64,000 nt of DNA from Neoechinorhynchus agilis (Eukaryota; Animalia; Acanthocephala): NCBI GenBank assembly GCA_051530055.1, contig CM121341.1:15788784-15852783 (forward strand), in the 5' to 3' direction. Positions 22,636 to 34,758 of this stretch are shown here, piece after piece; position 1 is the first letter of the stretch, and every line of letters starts with the position of its first letter. The notes under the pieces are model-generated. The model was not told the origin of the DNA, did not search any database, and saw nothing but the letters and a program-made list of their open reading frames with translations. The position numbers and the translations under genes are program-made.

Positions 22636-25319
22636 GACTCAACCACACAAACCGTAGTAAGGCAAATATGCCAAGATTTAAACCGAGCCTTCGTGTACTC
22701 ATTCAACGTGCCGTCATTGTCTCTATTCTATGTCCGACTTTGTTGGCATTCGCGACAAATGTGCTGTATTTACCTTACTGGTTATCTGGATTCATAGTCG
22801 GAAACGCGTTCAGTATTATTCTAATGGTCAGCTCCATTTATGTCTATTATTCGTACGTGTACCCACATCCTCCAAATTTTCAATTCACTCACTCTACTAA
22901 ATTATCGGACATAATAGAAAACAAAAAATATAATGTAAGTTAAAGCTTTAGCGTCGCAAGGACCAAAACCTCTTTATAGGTCTGGGTAATGCTATCAATA
23001 AACGAATCTGCATTTGTAAAGCCCATTCCTGCGTTCATGTCTATGTCAAACGGCTACTTATCTTTCTATTTGCCTGGAAAAGCTGCGGATGATGGAAAAT
23101 ACTACAACATGGTCGCTCTGAAAATCATTGATTTGAGAGGTACTTTTAGTTTAATCTTTATCCGAAATTAAAGTCTGAGCAGGAGCACAGTTAGATCTGC
23201 CACCCAAACTAAAAAGATGGAAATATTGGATGACAAATTTTCCAATAGAAATAAAGGGTCACTCTTTTGTAAGAAAGGAAATTCTCACAACTCGATCAAC
23301 AGATTCAAAAGGAAATTCTAATTTTACGCGTTTTTATGACAGTGAATGGAAAGCGATTTATATATTCTTCGAGACGTCCCCAGCGAAAGAGACTTGGTAC
23401 TTTAGATTTACGGATGCTTCCAAGCTTGAAAAGGAGAAATCGATTCAAAATACATCGAACCATTTGGGACTAATTCCAAACAAGACAAACTTCAATTCAC
23501 AACAAAAACAGCATCGATTGCAGAACAGAAATAGATTTCAACGAATTACGCAAGACGGTCCGCTGCGTAATAATCAAAAGCTAGGCTCGCCGATGGATCT
23601 GGACTTTATAAACGCAATGCTTACTCAAATGACAACAGATATTGCACATTCTTTGTTCATTAAAAAGTTTGTGGCCAAATTTATAGAACGGAAAATGATT
23701 GGCACTAATGTATGCGATTTCCAATTTATGAACGGAAATATAAAGCATGTTGTCTAGGTTCCTTATTTTGTTGACGGCCTTAAGATAGCATCCGTAGACT
23801 TCGGACAAACAATTCCGGTTGTGCAGAAAGTAAGCCGAGGTGAAATGGAAACAGGAACTGGGCTAACAATGTACGTGGACCTAAACTTTGAAGGCGCTTT
23901 AAAGTGCGTATTTAAAGATGACTGCAACCGTTTCCTAAAACAGAAGCTTTCAGGCTTATGGTATCAACGAAAATCAATATTATAAAACTTCTAAAGTACG
24001 GCGAATACTTCAACAAAACAGAAAAGAAGGAAGATCTGCCTGATGAAGGCGGAATTGAGAAGGAAATCGAGGAGCTCATCAAGGATCAATCATCGTCAGA
24101 GATGATTCAGTCGCAAAGGTAAAGGAGATAATTGCGTAATTTAGCATAAGAAATTCACACTAAACAGGAGCAATCGGTTGTACGCCCAGATAGGAAAATT
24201 TATCAACATTCCGGTTATTCAAAAATTATATGGACGATCGACTTTGCTTTCCATTATGCAGCGCATCTCATACACACCGGTTGGAATGCAAGCGATTATC
24301 GAGCGGTTCGCCGGGACAATTGCATTTCGTTTCCCGTATCCTCCATCAGACAGAGTTTGGTACGTTTAAGATTTCGCCGTCCTTTTTCGTCGCTAATATA
24401 TCTGGCAGGTACGGTTTCACAAAGTGCCCGAAATTGGCTTAAGTGTAAACCCGCATTTTGGTAGTACATGGCTAAATATCGACTTTATTACTGATTTTCT
24501 AATAAATGCTCTCAAAGACGAGGCCCTGGTGAGATTTGTGAGGTTGTTAGTTCTTGAATTTTTGTAATCGCTTCAGTCTCAAATGCTTCTACCAAACATG
24601 GACAATATTTATTTGCCAATGATGGATGACCACGTTCGAATGGAGCGAACGAAACGAAGTGGTGTGCAAAATGAAGACGACTGGTTTCCTTGGACCGAAG
24701 GCTTAATTGAATACGATGGTCAACCCGTAACTGATGAGGACATCCAAAATATGATCGACTCCTACATGCCGTGATTAAATGTTTACCGAAATTATTTTTC
24801 GTCCCGTTCGAGTGTTTCGAATGGATAATCACTGTGTTCTAATAAAAACGATCGGTTGATTGAACGAATAGATGGGAATTTCGATTAATAAAGTACTGCC
24901 TCAAACAAAGAATTTTCTTTATCTCGGATGCGGAGGTCGAGGATAATACTAACACGTTTCTTCTTAAAAAAGCACAAAGATTAGGACCATGTACCTGTGG
25001 GTCCTCATAAGCACTCGAGTTCAGAGTTGTTGAAAAAGGCGTATCCGTTCGGGTGGGAATATCCGGTCGGGGGATGTCCGTTGGATTGCCCAGTTGAAGC
25101 GTAAATAAGTAAATAAACTATAGGTCGTAATTGTCAAATTAAATTATCTAAAATTGAGACATCCACTTAGAAAATTAAGCAGCGATTCACGCTATTATCT
25201 TCTTAATACCACAGTCAATTATCTATCTAAGATATCCTCTAATTCGCAATTCTCTCACGATACTATACCTTTCTGTGCTAACGGAGCTACCAGAACTCAT
25301 TTTTATATCTGACAACAAC
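22636..25319. repeat. Left arm of 8.2 kb palindrome
   Basis: 22636-25222 and 25235-25319 are near-identical reverse complements of 28233-30823 and 27984-28068. Confidence 0.97.
22668..24774 (+). pseudogene. TEX2-like SMP-domain gene, left copy, with a 1-bp deletion near 24420
   Basis: Same exons as the right copy but ggtttcacaaagtg vs ggtttcactaaagtg gives YGFTKCPKLA* instead of YGFTKVPEIGL. Confidence 0.65.
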
Positions 25320-25394
25320 AACTACAAATATATATTATAAGCACACGTGATAGCGCTCAAAGTTGTGAAACATGGGATTTTTAGTTAATTTTGT

Positions 25395-27539
25395 TTATGG
25401 TTGCAGTCAGTAGTTCATTCTCTTGACCAATTCCATTTTCTCTTTTTGTCTTAAGAATGACGCGTTTTGTAGCAGGGCCTCACCGAAAATGGGCCGCTGT
25501 TTTGGTGGACGACCGCGACTAAAAAAGGTTAGGGCAGAAATTGCCCATGTTTTCCAGATAAAATATTGTTTTTTATAACTTAGTTGAAGCCTCGGCGCTC
25601 TTGTACAGTAGCGTTTGGCAGTTATTAAAATTCTTTTAGAAAGTTTCATATCTAACTTTTCATTCAAATTTGCGTTAAAACTGTATCCTAAAATTTTAAT
25701 TTTGTTAAAACGTAAATGACCAACGATGTTGGTTTGATCTAAAATATGTAAAAATTGATTTTTAATTATTAAATTAAGTTTCTTATTTACATATCCGCTG
25801 CCCGTTACAGCCATAATATTGGTTTTGCTAGGGTTAAGTTCAATGCCCATGAGTACTGCGTGTTTGTTGATATGGGCTAACAGTTCCTTCAGTAGTATAG
25901 GTAATTCCCAGGAGTTGTTGGTAAATAAAACTGCACTTATATCGTCAGCATATATAAAAATATTGACACCTTCCTTATAGAAATTGGCCATAAATTGCAT
26001 GGCTATTAGAAATAAAATAGGAGATAGTGGGGAGCCCGGTGGTAAACCTTTTTTAGGATAAAAGATTTTATGATCCTCATCGTCATAAAAATAAAAGGAC
26101 TTGGTGGCTTTAATATCTTTGATACGAACTACAATATCTTGTGGGAAGTTGAGAAGGACCATGTAGTGCATTCAAAATTGCAGATCAATGTTGCCATACG
26201 CTGCGGTAAAATCGAATGAAATGAGGCAGCGATACCTAAAATTTTGATATCTAAGGGAATCATAGATGGCTCTTGTTGCAGAAGTTACGGATCTCCCTTG
26301 GTAAAAACCGTGGCAGTTTCGGTTTATAACGTCCTTTTCCCTACAAAATTTCATCAAACGAATGGCAAGAGCTTTCTCATAAAGCGATACTAGGGCGTTC
26401 TGAATGGAAATTGGCCTAAGATCTGAGGAGGAATTGACCACCTTCTTTTTGGCTTTTACGAGAAGAATTCTCCGTGCCAGGTTAATGCTCAACCAATCCT
26501 CTCTAGATGCTCTAAGCATACAAGAGGCGATTAGGGGTCGGATTGAAGGTTCTATATACCTTAGGCATTTACTAGAAGCACAAAAATTATTTGATGACAA
26601 CTTTATCATACTTCCCCATGCTTTTAAAATATCATCCATATGCAAATCTCCTTCATTTAATGATCGCAATAGTGGGAGGGTTAGCCAATCATTAGTAGGG
26701 GAAACATTTGTTGCTCCAACGGAGAGTTTGCCTAAAATGTCGTACAATACCACCTTATACGATGAAGACCTGATCCATCTTGAAGCTTTGTCCTTCCATT
26801 TGATAAATTTCGAATTCTTCAAAACCCGCCAAAAGGATTTCGTAGAGGAGGAAAGATTCTTCATTACTCTACGATGTTGTTGCAAATGCAGATTATAATT
26901 GCAAGCCCAGTATTTGTTGGACCAAAACTTTTGCGTGGGAGCATCCTGATGCATGTTTGCTTTTTTAATTTGGGATGCACAGTATTTAAGATAGTTTGAG
27001 GTAACTGCTCCTCTTGAAAAATGATTGGGAATAGATAAAAACTTGTTTGAGAGATTAAAAAGTAAAGAATTCCATTCCGGGAGATTCAGAAATTCGTGAA
27101 GGGAGCGTTTAATGGCGAAATTGAAAAAAGCTACGTTAATGGGCGAAAACCGGAATCTGCGGCTTAAAGACTTGTCGCTGGATAAGTACCATGTCATCAG
27201 ATCATGATAGCATGCTTCCGATAAATCGCATTGTTTTGCAACTGTAATGCTTTCCTGTCGGTTGGATGGGACAGCAATTTTGCCGTGTGTCACCCTCTGA
27301 GCGATCACTGAGAAGGTGCCTCCGTATGTCCGGAGGTACCTTAATTTTCAGTTAGTTGGATTGCCGTATACCATCCTCCGTCGCAACACTAGGTGGTTGC
27401 GAATTGAACGCACAATGAATAGCGTTTTAGTGTCCTTTCAACTGATCGTCGACCAATAGGCAGCAACAAAGGATTCTTGCAGTTCAAAATATTCATATAC
27501 GAATGAACCTGCAGGTGTTTTGAATTTGATACTCTTCGC
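25395..27539 (-). mobile_element. Non-LTR-type reverse transcriptase frame of 714 codons with in-frame TGA codons and no recognisable endonuclease
   Basis: KSFWRVLK, LRPISI, HGF..GRS, ISFDFTAAYGNI, GLPPGSPLSPILF, YADD, LNPSKT, KILG; TGA at 27438, 27348, 26172, 25407; bounded by TAA at 27540 and 25395. Confidence 0.85.
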
Positions 27540-27759
27540 TTACTACGGATTGATGGCGAAACGGCAACTTCACCTTGATGCATAAAACAATTTCTTGTAC
27601 TCTTTACTTGACAATGTGAACGTATAATGATATCACGCATTAAGTTACTTTTCCCAAAAATATGTCCCGTTTACTAACCGGAATTTCGTGCATTCATTAT
27701 TTTTAAGAAATTTGATTACTCTCTTTATTAATTTTATTACACTCCCAGCGTCATTCATG

Positions 27760-27900
27760 ACCTAGCTCGCAACCGGTGCATAATGCTGGCAGCGTTTCCT
27801 CGCCGGAGAGCCATGTTTATTATCTGAGGAAAGTCTTACTCCTGTAATCGCTTCCCTCATTCGACGGTCCAATTTGTCACATTGTTCAGGCCAAATTTGC
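27760..27900 (-). mobile_element. Degenerate CRE-like 3' end
   Basis: KLDRRMREA.TG.. then, after a frameshift, ALRRGNAASIM. Confidence 0.5.
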
Positions 27901-28068
27901 GTAGAGGAAGGAAAGTATGATAGCATTACGTCAGTCCGATCGTTACGCACATGTACACAAATGTGTGAATGCGTGGATAGAGAGTTGTTGTCAGATATAA
28001 AAATGAGTTCTGGTAGCTCCGTTAGCACAGAAAGGTATTGTATCGTGAGAGAATTGCGAATTAGAGGA

Positions 28069-28232
28069 AGTTTTTATTTTTTTTAGTTTTTTTTAAGAGC
28101 ATACATAATTTATAGTTTCTTCGACGCCCCTATTCATCGGCGCAGGCCAAAATGCTAGCCGCATTGCCCCGCTGCACCGCAATGCTTATTTTTTGGGCTA
28201 GGAACGAAGTCGATCTTGGCTCTCCAGTCGCC
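28069..28232 (-). mobile_element. 5'-truncated CRE-like retroposon with A-rich tail
   Basis: Encodes ATGEPRSTSFLAQKISIAVQRGNAASILACADE* followed by an A-rich tail; absent from the left arm. Confidence 0.8.
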
Positions 28233-28680
28233 ATAATTGACTGTGGTATTAAGAAGATAATAGCGTGAATCGCTGCTTAATTTTCTAAGTGGATGTCTCA
28301 ATTTTAGATAAGTTAATTTGACAATTACGACCTATAGTTTATTTACTTATTTACGCTTCAACTGGGCAATCCAACGGACATCCCCCGACCGGATATTCCC
28401 ACCCGAACGGATACGCCTTTTTCAACAACTCTGAACTCGAGTGCTTATGAGGACCCACAGGTACATGGTCCTAATCTTTGTGCTTTTTTAAGAAGAAACG
28501 TGTTAGTATTATCCTCGACCTCCGCATCCGAGATAAAGAAAATTCTTTGTTTGAGGCAGTACTTTATTAATCGAAATTCCCATCTATTCGTTCAATCAAC
28601 CGATCGTTTTTATTAGAACACAGTGATTATCCATTCGAAACACTCGAACGGTACGAAAAATAATTTCGGTAAACATTTAA

Positions 28681-30788
28681 TCACGGCATGTAGGAGTCGA
28701 TCATATTTTGGATGTCCTCATCAGTTACGGGTTGACCATCGTATTCAATTAAGCCTTCGGTCCAAGGAAACCAGTCGTCTTCATTTTGCACACCACTTCG
28801 TTTCGTTCGCTCCATTCGAACGTGGTCATCCATCATTGGCAAATAAATATTGTCCATGTTTGGTAGAAGCATTTGAGACTGAAGCGATTACAAAAATTCA
28901 AGAACTAACAACCTCACAAATCTTACCAGGGCCTCGTCTTTGAGAGCATTTATTAGAAAATCAGTAATAAAGTCGATATTTAGCCATGTACTACCAAAAT
29001 GCGGGTTTACACTTAAGCCAATTTCGGGCACTTTAGTGAAACCGTACCTGCCAGATATATTAGCGACGAAAAAGGACGGCGAAATCTTAAACGTACCAAA
29101 CTCTGTCTGATGGAGGATACGGGAAACGAAATGCAATTGTCCCGGCGAACCGCTCGATAATCACTTGCATTCCAACCGGTGTGTATGAGATGCGCTGCAT
29201 AATGGAAAGCAAAGTCGATCGTCCATATAATTTTTGAATAACCGGAATGTTGATAAATTTTCCTATCTGGGCGTACAACCGATTGCTCCTGTTTAGTGTG
29301 AATTTCTTATGCTAAATTACGCAATTATCTCCTTTACCTTTGCGACTGAATCATCTCTGACGATGATTGATCCTTGATGAGCTCCTCGATTTCCTTCTCA
29401 ATTCCGCCTTCATCAGGCAGATCTTCCTTCTTTTCTGTTTTGTTGAAGTATTCGCCGTACTTTAGAAGTTTTATAATATTGATTTTCGTTGATACCATAA
29501 GCCTGAAAGCTTCTGTTTTAGGAAACGGTTGCAGTCATCTTTAAATACGCACTTTAAAGCGCCTTCAAAGTTTAGGTCCACGTACATTGTTAGCCCAGTT
29601 CCTGTTTCCATTTCACCTCGGCTTACTTTCTGCACAACCGGAATTGTTTGTCCGAAGTCTACGGATGCTATCTTAAGGCCGTCAACAAAATAAGGAACCT
29701 AGACAACATGCTTTATATTTCCGTTCATAAATTGGAAATCGCATACATTAGTGCCAATCATTTTCCGTTCTATAAATTTGGCCACAAACTTTTTAATGAA
29801 CAAAGAATGTGCAATATCTGTTGTCATTTGAGTAAGCATTGCGTTTATAAAGTCCAGATCCATCGGCGAGCCTAGCTTTTGATTATTACGCAGCGGACCG
29901 TCTTGCGTAATTCGTTGAAATCTATTTCTGTTCTGCAATCGATGCTGTTTTTGTTGTGAATTGAAGTTTGTCTTGTTTGGAATTAGTCCCAAATGGTTCG
30001 ATGTATTTTGAATCGATTTCTCCTTTTCAAGCTTGGAAGCATCCGTAAATCTAAAGTACCAAGTCTCTTTCGCTGGGGACGTCTCGAAGAATATATAAAT
30101 CGCTTTCCATTCACTGTCATAAAAACGCGTAAAATTAGAATTTCCTTTTGAATCTGTTGATCGAGTTGTGAGAATTTCCTTTCTTACAAAAGAGTGACCC
30201 TTTATTTCTATCGGAAAATTTGTCATCCAATATTTCCATCTTTTTAGTTTGGGTGGCAGATCTAACTGTGCTCCTGCTCAGACTTTAATTTCGGATAAAG
30301 ATTAAACTAAAAGTACCTCTCAAATCAATGATTTTCAGAGCGACCATGTTGTAGTATTTTCCATCATCCGCAGCTTTTCCAGGCAAATAGAAAGATAAGT
30401 AGCCGTTTGACATAGACATGAACGCAGGAATGGGCTTTACAAATGCAGATTCGTTTATTGATAGCATTACCCAGACCTATGAAGAGGTTTTGGTCCTTGC
30501 GACGCTAAAGCTTTAACTTACATTATATTTTTTGTTTCCTATTATGTCCGATAATTTAGTAGAGTGAGTGAATTGAAAATTTGGAGGATGTGGGTACACG
30601 TACGAATAATAGACATAAATGGAGCTGACCATTAGAATAATACTGAACGCGTTTCCGACTATGAATCCAGATAACCAGTAAGGTAAATACAGCACATTTG
30701 TCGCGAATGCCAACAAAGTCGGACATAGAATAGAGACAATGACGGCACGTTGAATGAGTACACGAAGGCTCGGTTTAAATCTTGGCAT
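28681..30788 (-). CDS. TEX2: TEX2-like SMP-domain lipid-transfer protein (multi-exon, apparently intact copy)
   Basis: N-terminal TM (LYLPYWLSGFIVG); SMP motifs FINAML..PYFVDGLKIASVDFGQTIP..YVDLNFEG; FPYPPSDRVWYGFTKVP..P.FG; LLPNMDNIYLPMM. Confidence 0.8.
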
Positions 30789-31613
30789 ATTTGCCCCTTA
30801 CTACCGGTTTGTGTGGTTGAGTCCATTGTTAATAAAGAATTATCAAAGACGTTTTCTGATCTATTGTGGTCCTTAAAGCACTCTTGGTCATTAGGTTTAT
30901 CATCAGGTGTTCCTAATTTCAGTTTTTTCGCAGAGTAAATATATTAAAGTTAAATTCAACGTTGATTTATACTACCTTTTGTAGTCGGGAAAGACTGTTT
31001 ATAATGTAGAACCAGGTTAGGAGCGGTATTCTTCACGCTCACTGCTTTTCTTCGTTCTCTAACCAATAATTGTTTTCTTCTTAGCCACCTGAGCTTACAT
31101 GACCGCAATCTTTTCCCCATGCTTAGCGATTCGGATGCCTTTTGTTTAAATTACTAAGAATTCGTCTCTATATCGTACAGTAGGATGTGTGTTTACGAGC
31201 TCGTTGGCTCCTCCCATACTTCGTGTTACTCACATAACTACAACAAAACTTTTAAAATTTCACTGATTGTGAATAGAAAGGAAAATACATGCGTTCGAAC
31301 TCCGAATTCCCTGTACTTTTGTCGATTACACCATTAAAAGATATATTCGCTAAACATGATTGATCGCTTTTTGTAATACTATAAATTTTTCCCATTACAT
31401 TTTAATATACTCCAGTTCTCATCCAGTTATACGCTTGTCGCGCTGGAGCAAGTGTAAACAACAATTATCGTTTCATTTCCAAAAGTTTTTTATTTCATGA
31501 AAAAATGTCTTGATTTTATACAGCTTAACATCCATTTTTCGTTCAATTTATTAAGGATCGGTTAATGATTTGAATTATTTAGGTCTTCATCCTGTAAATA
31601 ATTTTTCATTAAA

Positions 31614-31750
31614 AACGTTTCGAACCTCGTCGTCTTTTAATAGCTAACAAACTGATGATGAACCCGACGAGGTTGAAACGCTTTTAACAAAAAATTATTT
31701 ACCGGGTATTAATTCTAATCATATATCCGGGTATCTCTTCACATGTCGAC
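31614..31750. ncRNA. Palindromic pLTR remnant with hammerhead motif (family B)
   Basis: CTGATGA-TG-AACC-cgacga-GGTT-GAAACG at 31652-31680; inverted half copy at 31614-31632. Confidence 0.6.
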
Positions 31751-31886
31751 ATCGGCTAATGAATATTCTACTGTTTTGCTTCCATCTCGCAAAGATCTGA
31801 ACCTCAGGATCATTGCCAGCTATTAAGGTATAACCGCACTCATTTTCAACGTAAGTGGATATTTTAAACGTCGGTGCGATGAGACA

Positions 31887-32419
31887 GTGAACTGTTCGGG
31901 AACTCACGGCCTTGACTTCAAGTGTTCAAATGCTCGCCATGCACGGTACTCAGCAGTCAACCGCATAATTAAGAAAGCCCTCTCAACGGTCGGTTTTTCC
32001 GCTCGACTCGAACCAGTCGGACTTTCCAGCAACTACGGTAAACGCCCTGATGGAGCGACTCTTCTCCCATGGTGTTTCGGAAAATACTGGTTTGGGATTT
32101 TACTTGCCTCAACACGCTCGCGGCGTCCCACTTACGGAATGCTACTTCAAAGCCGGGAGCAGTCGCCAGCCTCAGCGAGGAAAAGAAGCGGTATAAGTAC
32201 TCCTCGCTCGATGAGCATCAATATATATTAATCCCGATTGCGGTGGAAATGCTGGGATGCCTCGAAAAGGAAGCCGATTACTTCCTTCCCCGACTGGGAA
32301 AGATGCTGAAATATGCCACGGGCGACATGCGCTCTAGCAGCTTCCTGATGCAGCGAATCAGCGCGGTGATCCAACGCGGTAATGCCGCGGCCATCAAGAA
32401 AGCTGGCGAACGATCATGA
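31887..32419 (+). mobile_element. CRE-like 3' fragment, same family as 5100-5580
   Basis: HGLDFKCSNARHARYSAVN..GKRPDGATLLPW..LVWDFTC..EEKKRYKY..ISAVIQRGNAAAI. Confidence 0.85.
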
Positions 32420-33849
32420 CGACAGTTGCAGAATTGGACTTTGTTTTAAACTTTACTTTCCCGTGGAAGTAGTTCGTTGAAATCCAATAAAACATGAATT
32501 GCTCATATTTACAATTTTATCTGAATAACATTGGAGTTGAATTCATATGTCTAATATTCGGCAAATACCAATATTAAAAACGAGACTTCGCCATTCTGCT
32601 TTAGAATACTCATAACTTCATTGAAAAAAACTGTTCAATGACACCGAATCCGGAAATCGACTTTCTATTGATGCTATCAAATTCAGAATAAATACCATGG
32701 TGTTTTGACGCATATTGCAACCTAAGTGTTGTTTGTACTTTCATTTTAGTGCATATCTCGCGATTTAAATTTCTTTACCACTAAAATAATTTGTGTGCTA
32801 AACAATCGGTTAATAAACTGCAATACTCTTTAATCTGAAGGTTTTTTAAGGTGCACCCAAAGATCTCAGAAAAAATTGCGCATTTAAATAGTATAACTGC
32901 ATAAATTCGAGAAGCTTACAATCCATTAAATGAATTAAGCGAAAATCGAAGAAGGGTGGTCACCGTGATTGTCACTATAAGCATAAAGCAAAGGTAATTA
33001 AATGAGCGCTTTTAATTTAATGGAATCGTTGATTTAGCAATTTAAAAAAACAGATATTTCAGCTTAGTTTATCGATTCGTTATATAAATACGTTGCTTGC
33101 CTCGTTTTATGATTTTTTTTTAATTAATCAGTGCTCCATGCATGTGTTCCATTCATCCTCGTGTACAAATAAAAAGTTCTCACTTAAAATATTCATTATT
33201 AGTGTACGTTCACTTGGTAAGAGTTCCCGTGAAACTTATCAATAAATGTTGTTATTTAGGTCGCTAGTCGACATCTCAAAGGGATCATTAAAGAACAAAC
33301 TTGCGAAACAGTTTTAGATTGAATTGATAACATGACTGATTCAATCAGTTGGAATTTACATTCGTCTTTCATGATCTCTCCCGCGTGTCGACAAGCGACC
33401 CTAAAAAATAACATATCCAACCACCCTCATAAATTTTTGTCATTTTCCTTAAGTACTACGATTAACGTTTGATGGAGTACCATAACTCATCTTTAAGAAT
33501 TGTACACATTTAGCTCGTGATCCCATCTCAAATGAGATAATTTGTAATACAGTGTTCTTCGATGTCATAATACTCACAAGATATCAACAAGTACGTTAGT
33601 CGAGCATTTAAAATTTCTACATTTCAGACTCCTTGTCGTCTTTAACCAGTCTTAATCATTCATCTACTCCTAAGGCTTGTCAGACTTTAAAGACATCACG
33701 TGCTTCTCGTTCCCTACCCTTCTACATCACCTTCGATGACTGTTCTAGTTCCTACGAAACTTTGGCACATTCACTTGCTCAGTGAGACCATAGAAACCAT
33801 CGCACTTTATCATCCAACTCTCTTCACACATAATTGATTCGAGCAGTCG

Positions 33850-34182
33850 ATGGCAATGAGTCGCAGACTGGAACCAGGAACTACCTTTATCATCGAAGAT
33901 TATGCTGATGAATCAACCTACAAGCAAGCCGTTTTAGAAGACGACGGAAAGTATGAAGTATATGAACAATATGAATTCTATGTTCCTTATTATCGAATTC
34001 CAAATGATGACGAAGTGAATCCACTGACCGGAATTTTAAAAAATGCTACACTTAATGATGCAAATTGTCCTATTATCAGCGAAGCCTTTAATGCTCCTAA
34101 TGACAATGCACTGCATGAATCGGCGTCAAAAATCGGGTTGGCAACATTTCTCACTTATATCTCCAAACGTACATTTTTTTAA
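33850..34182 (+). CDS. Acidic ORF of unknown function
   Basis: 110 aa ATG-initiated ORF with protein-like composition. Confidence 0.3.
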   Translation: MAMSRRLEPGTTFIIEDYADESTYKQAVLEDDGKYEVYEQYEFYVPYYRIPNDDEVNPLTGILKNATLNDANCPIISEAFNAPNDNALHESASKIGLATFLTYISKRTFF

Positions 34183-34758
34183 ATCATTGCTTCCAATATT
34201 ATTCCCCCAGAATTTAAACAGTGGAAAATATTTTGAAATTTTGACTGGGATCAATATCGGATTTTTATCCTCGTTCAAAATACATCAATCCGCTCTTGCT
34301 TTTCTTGATTAAAAATCGTCGATAATGTAAAGAAACAAATTATTATCGGAAATATTAAAATGTTTTTAAGGAACCGTTCAAACTTCAGAGAGAAAAATAT
34401 TCCTTCTATGATCTCGTATTTAAAATGCGGAGACCTAGTCACGAACTTAATGTCTAGCATTTGCCACAATATGTATTTTCCTCATCAGTTTTTTATTTCG
34501 CAGTAAAGGGATTAAATTCAGTATGTAGGTCTTCATGCACTTCTCGAACGCTGGAAAGTTTTTATTTTGAATATTTTCTTTCAAAAACTTGATTTAAAAA
34601 TGGATCCTTTGATGTAATTTTGAACAACCAGTTCAACCTTCAGTCAGGACTGGGAAAGGTTTTTGAAGTCACATTCTATATTGTAGTACACTATATCTCG
34701 TACTCTTAAATGCTTTAGAATTGCTTCGTTTTTTGAATGCAAATTTGTTCACTTACAT

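Larger units (their letters stand above)
27984..30823. repeat. Right arm of 8.2 kb palindrome (contains a 164 bp insertion)
   Basis: Reverse complement of 22636-25319 apart from a few SNPs/indels and the 28069-28232 insert. Confidence 0.97.

Noticed and set aside
24730-24760. CTGATGAG as a hammerhead core (also 28700-28725)
   Set aside because: It lies in the TEX2 last exon (VTDEDI) and has no stem II-GAAA partner
22636-30823. DIRS-like or other transposon with long inverted terminal repeats
   Set aside because: The arms contain a spliced host TEX2-like gene; there is no tyrosine recombinase, RNase H or transposase, and the RT is not DIRS-type
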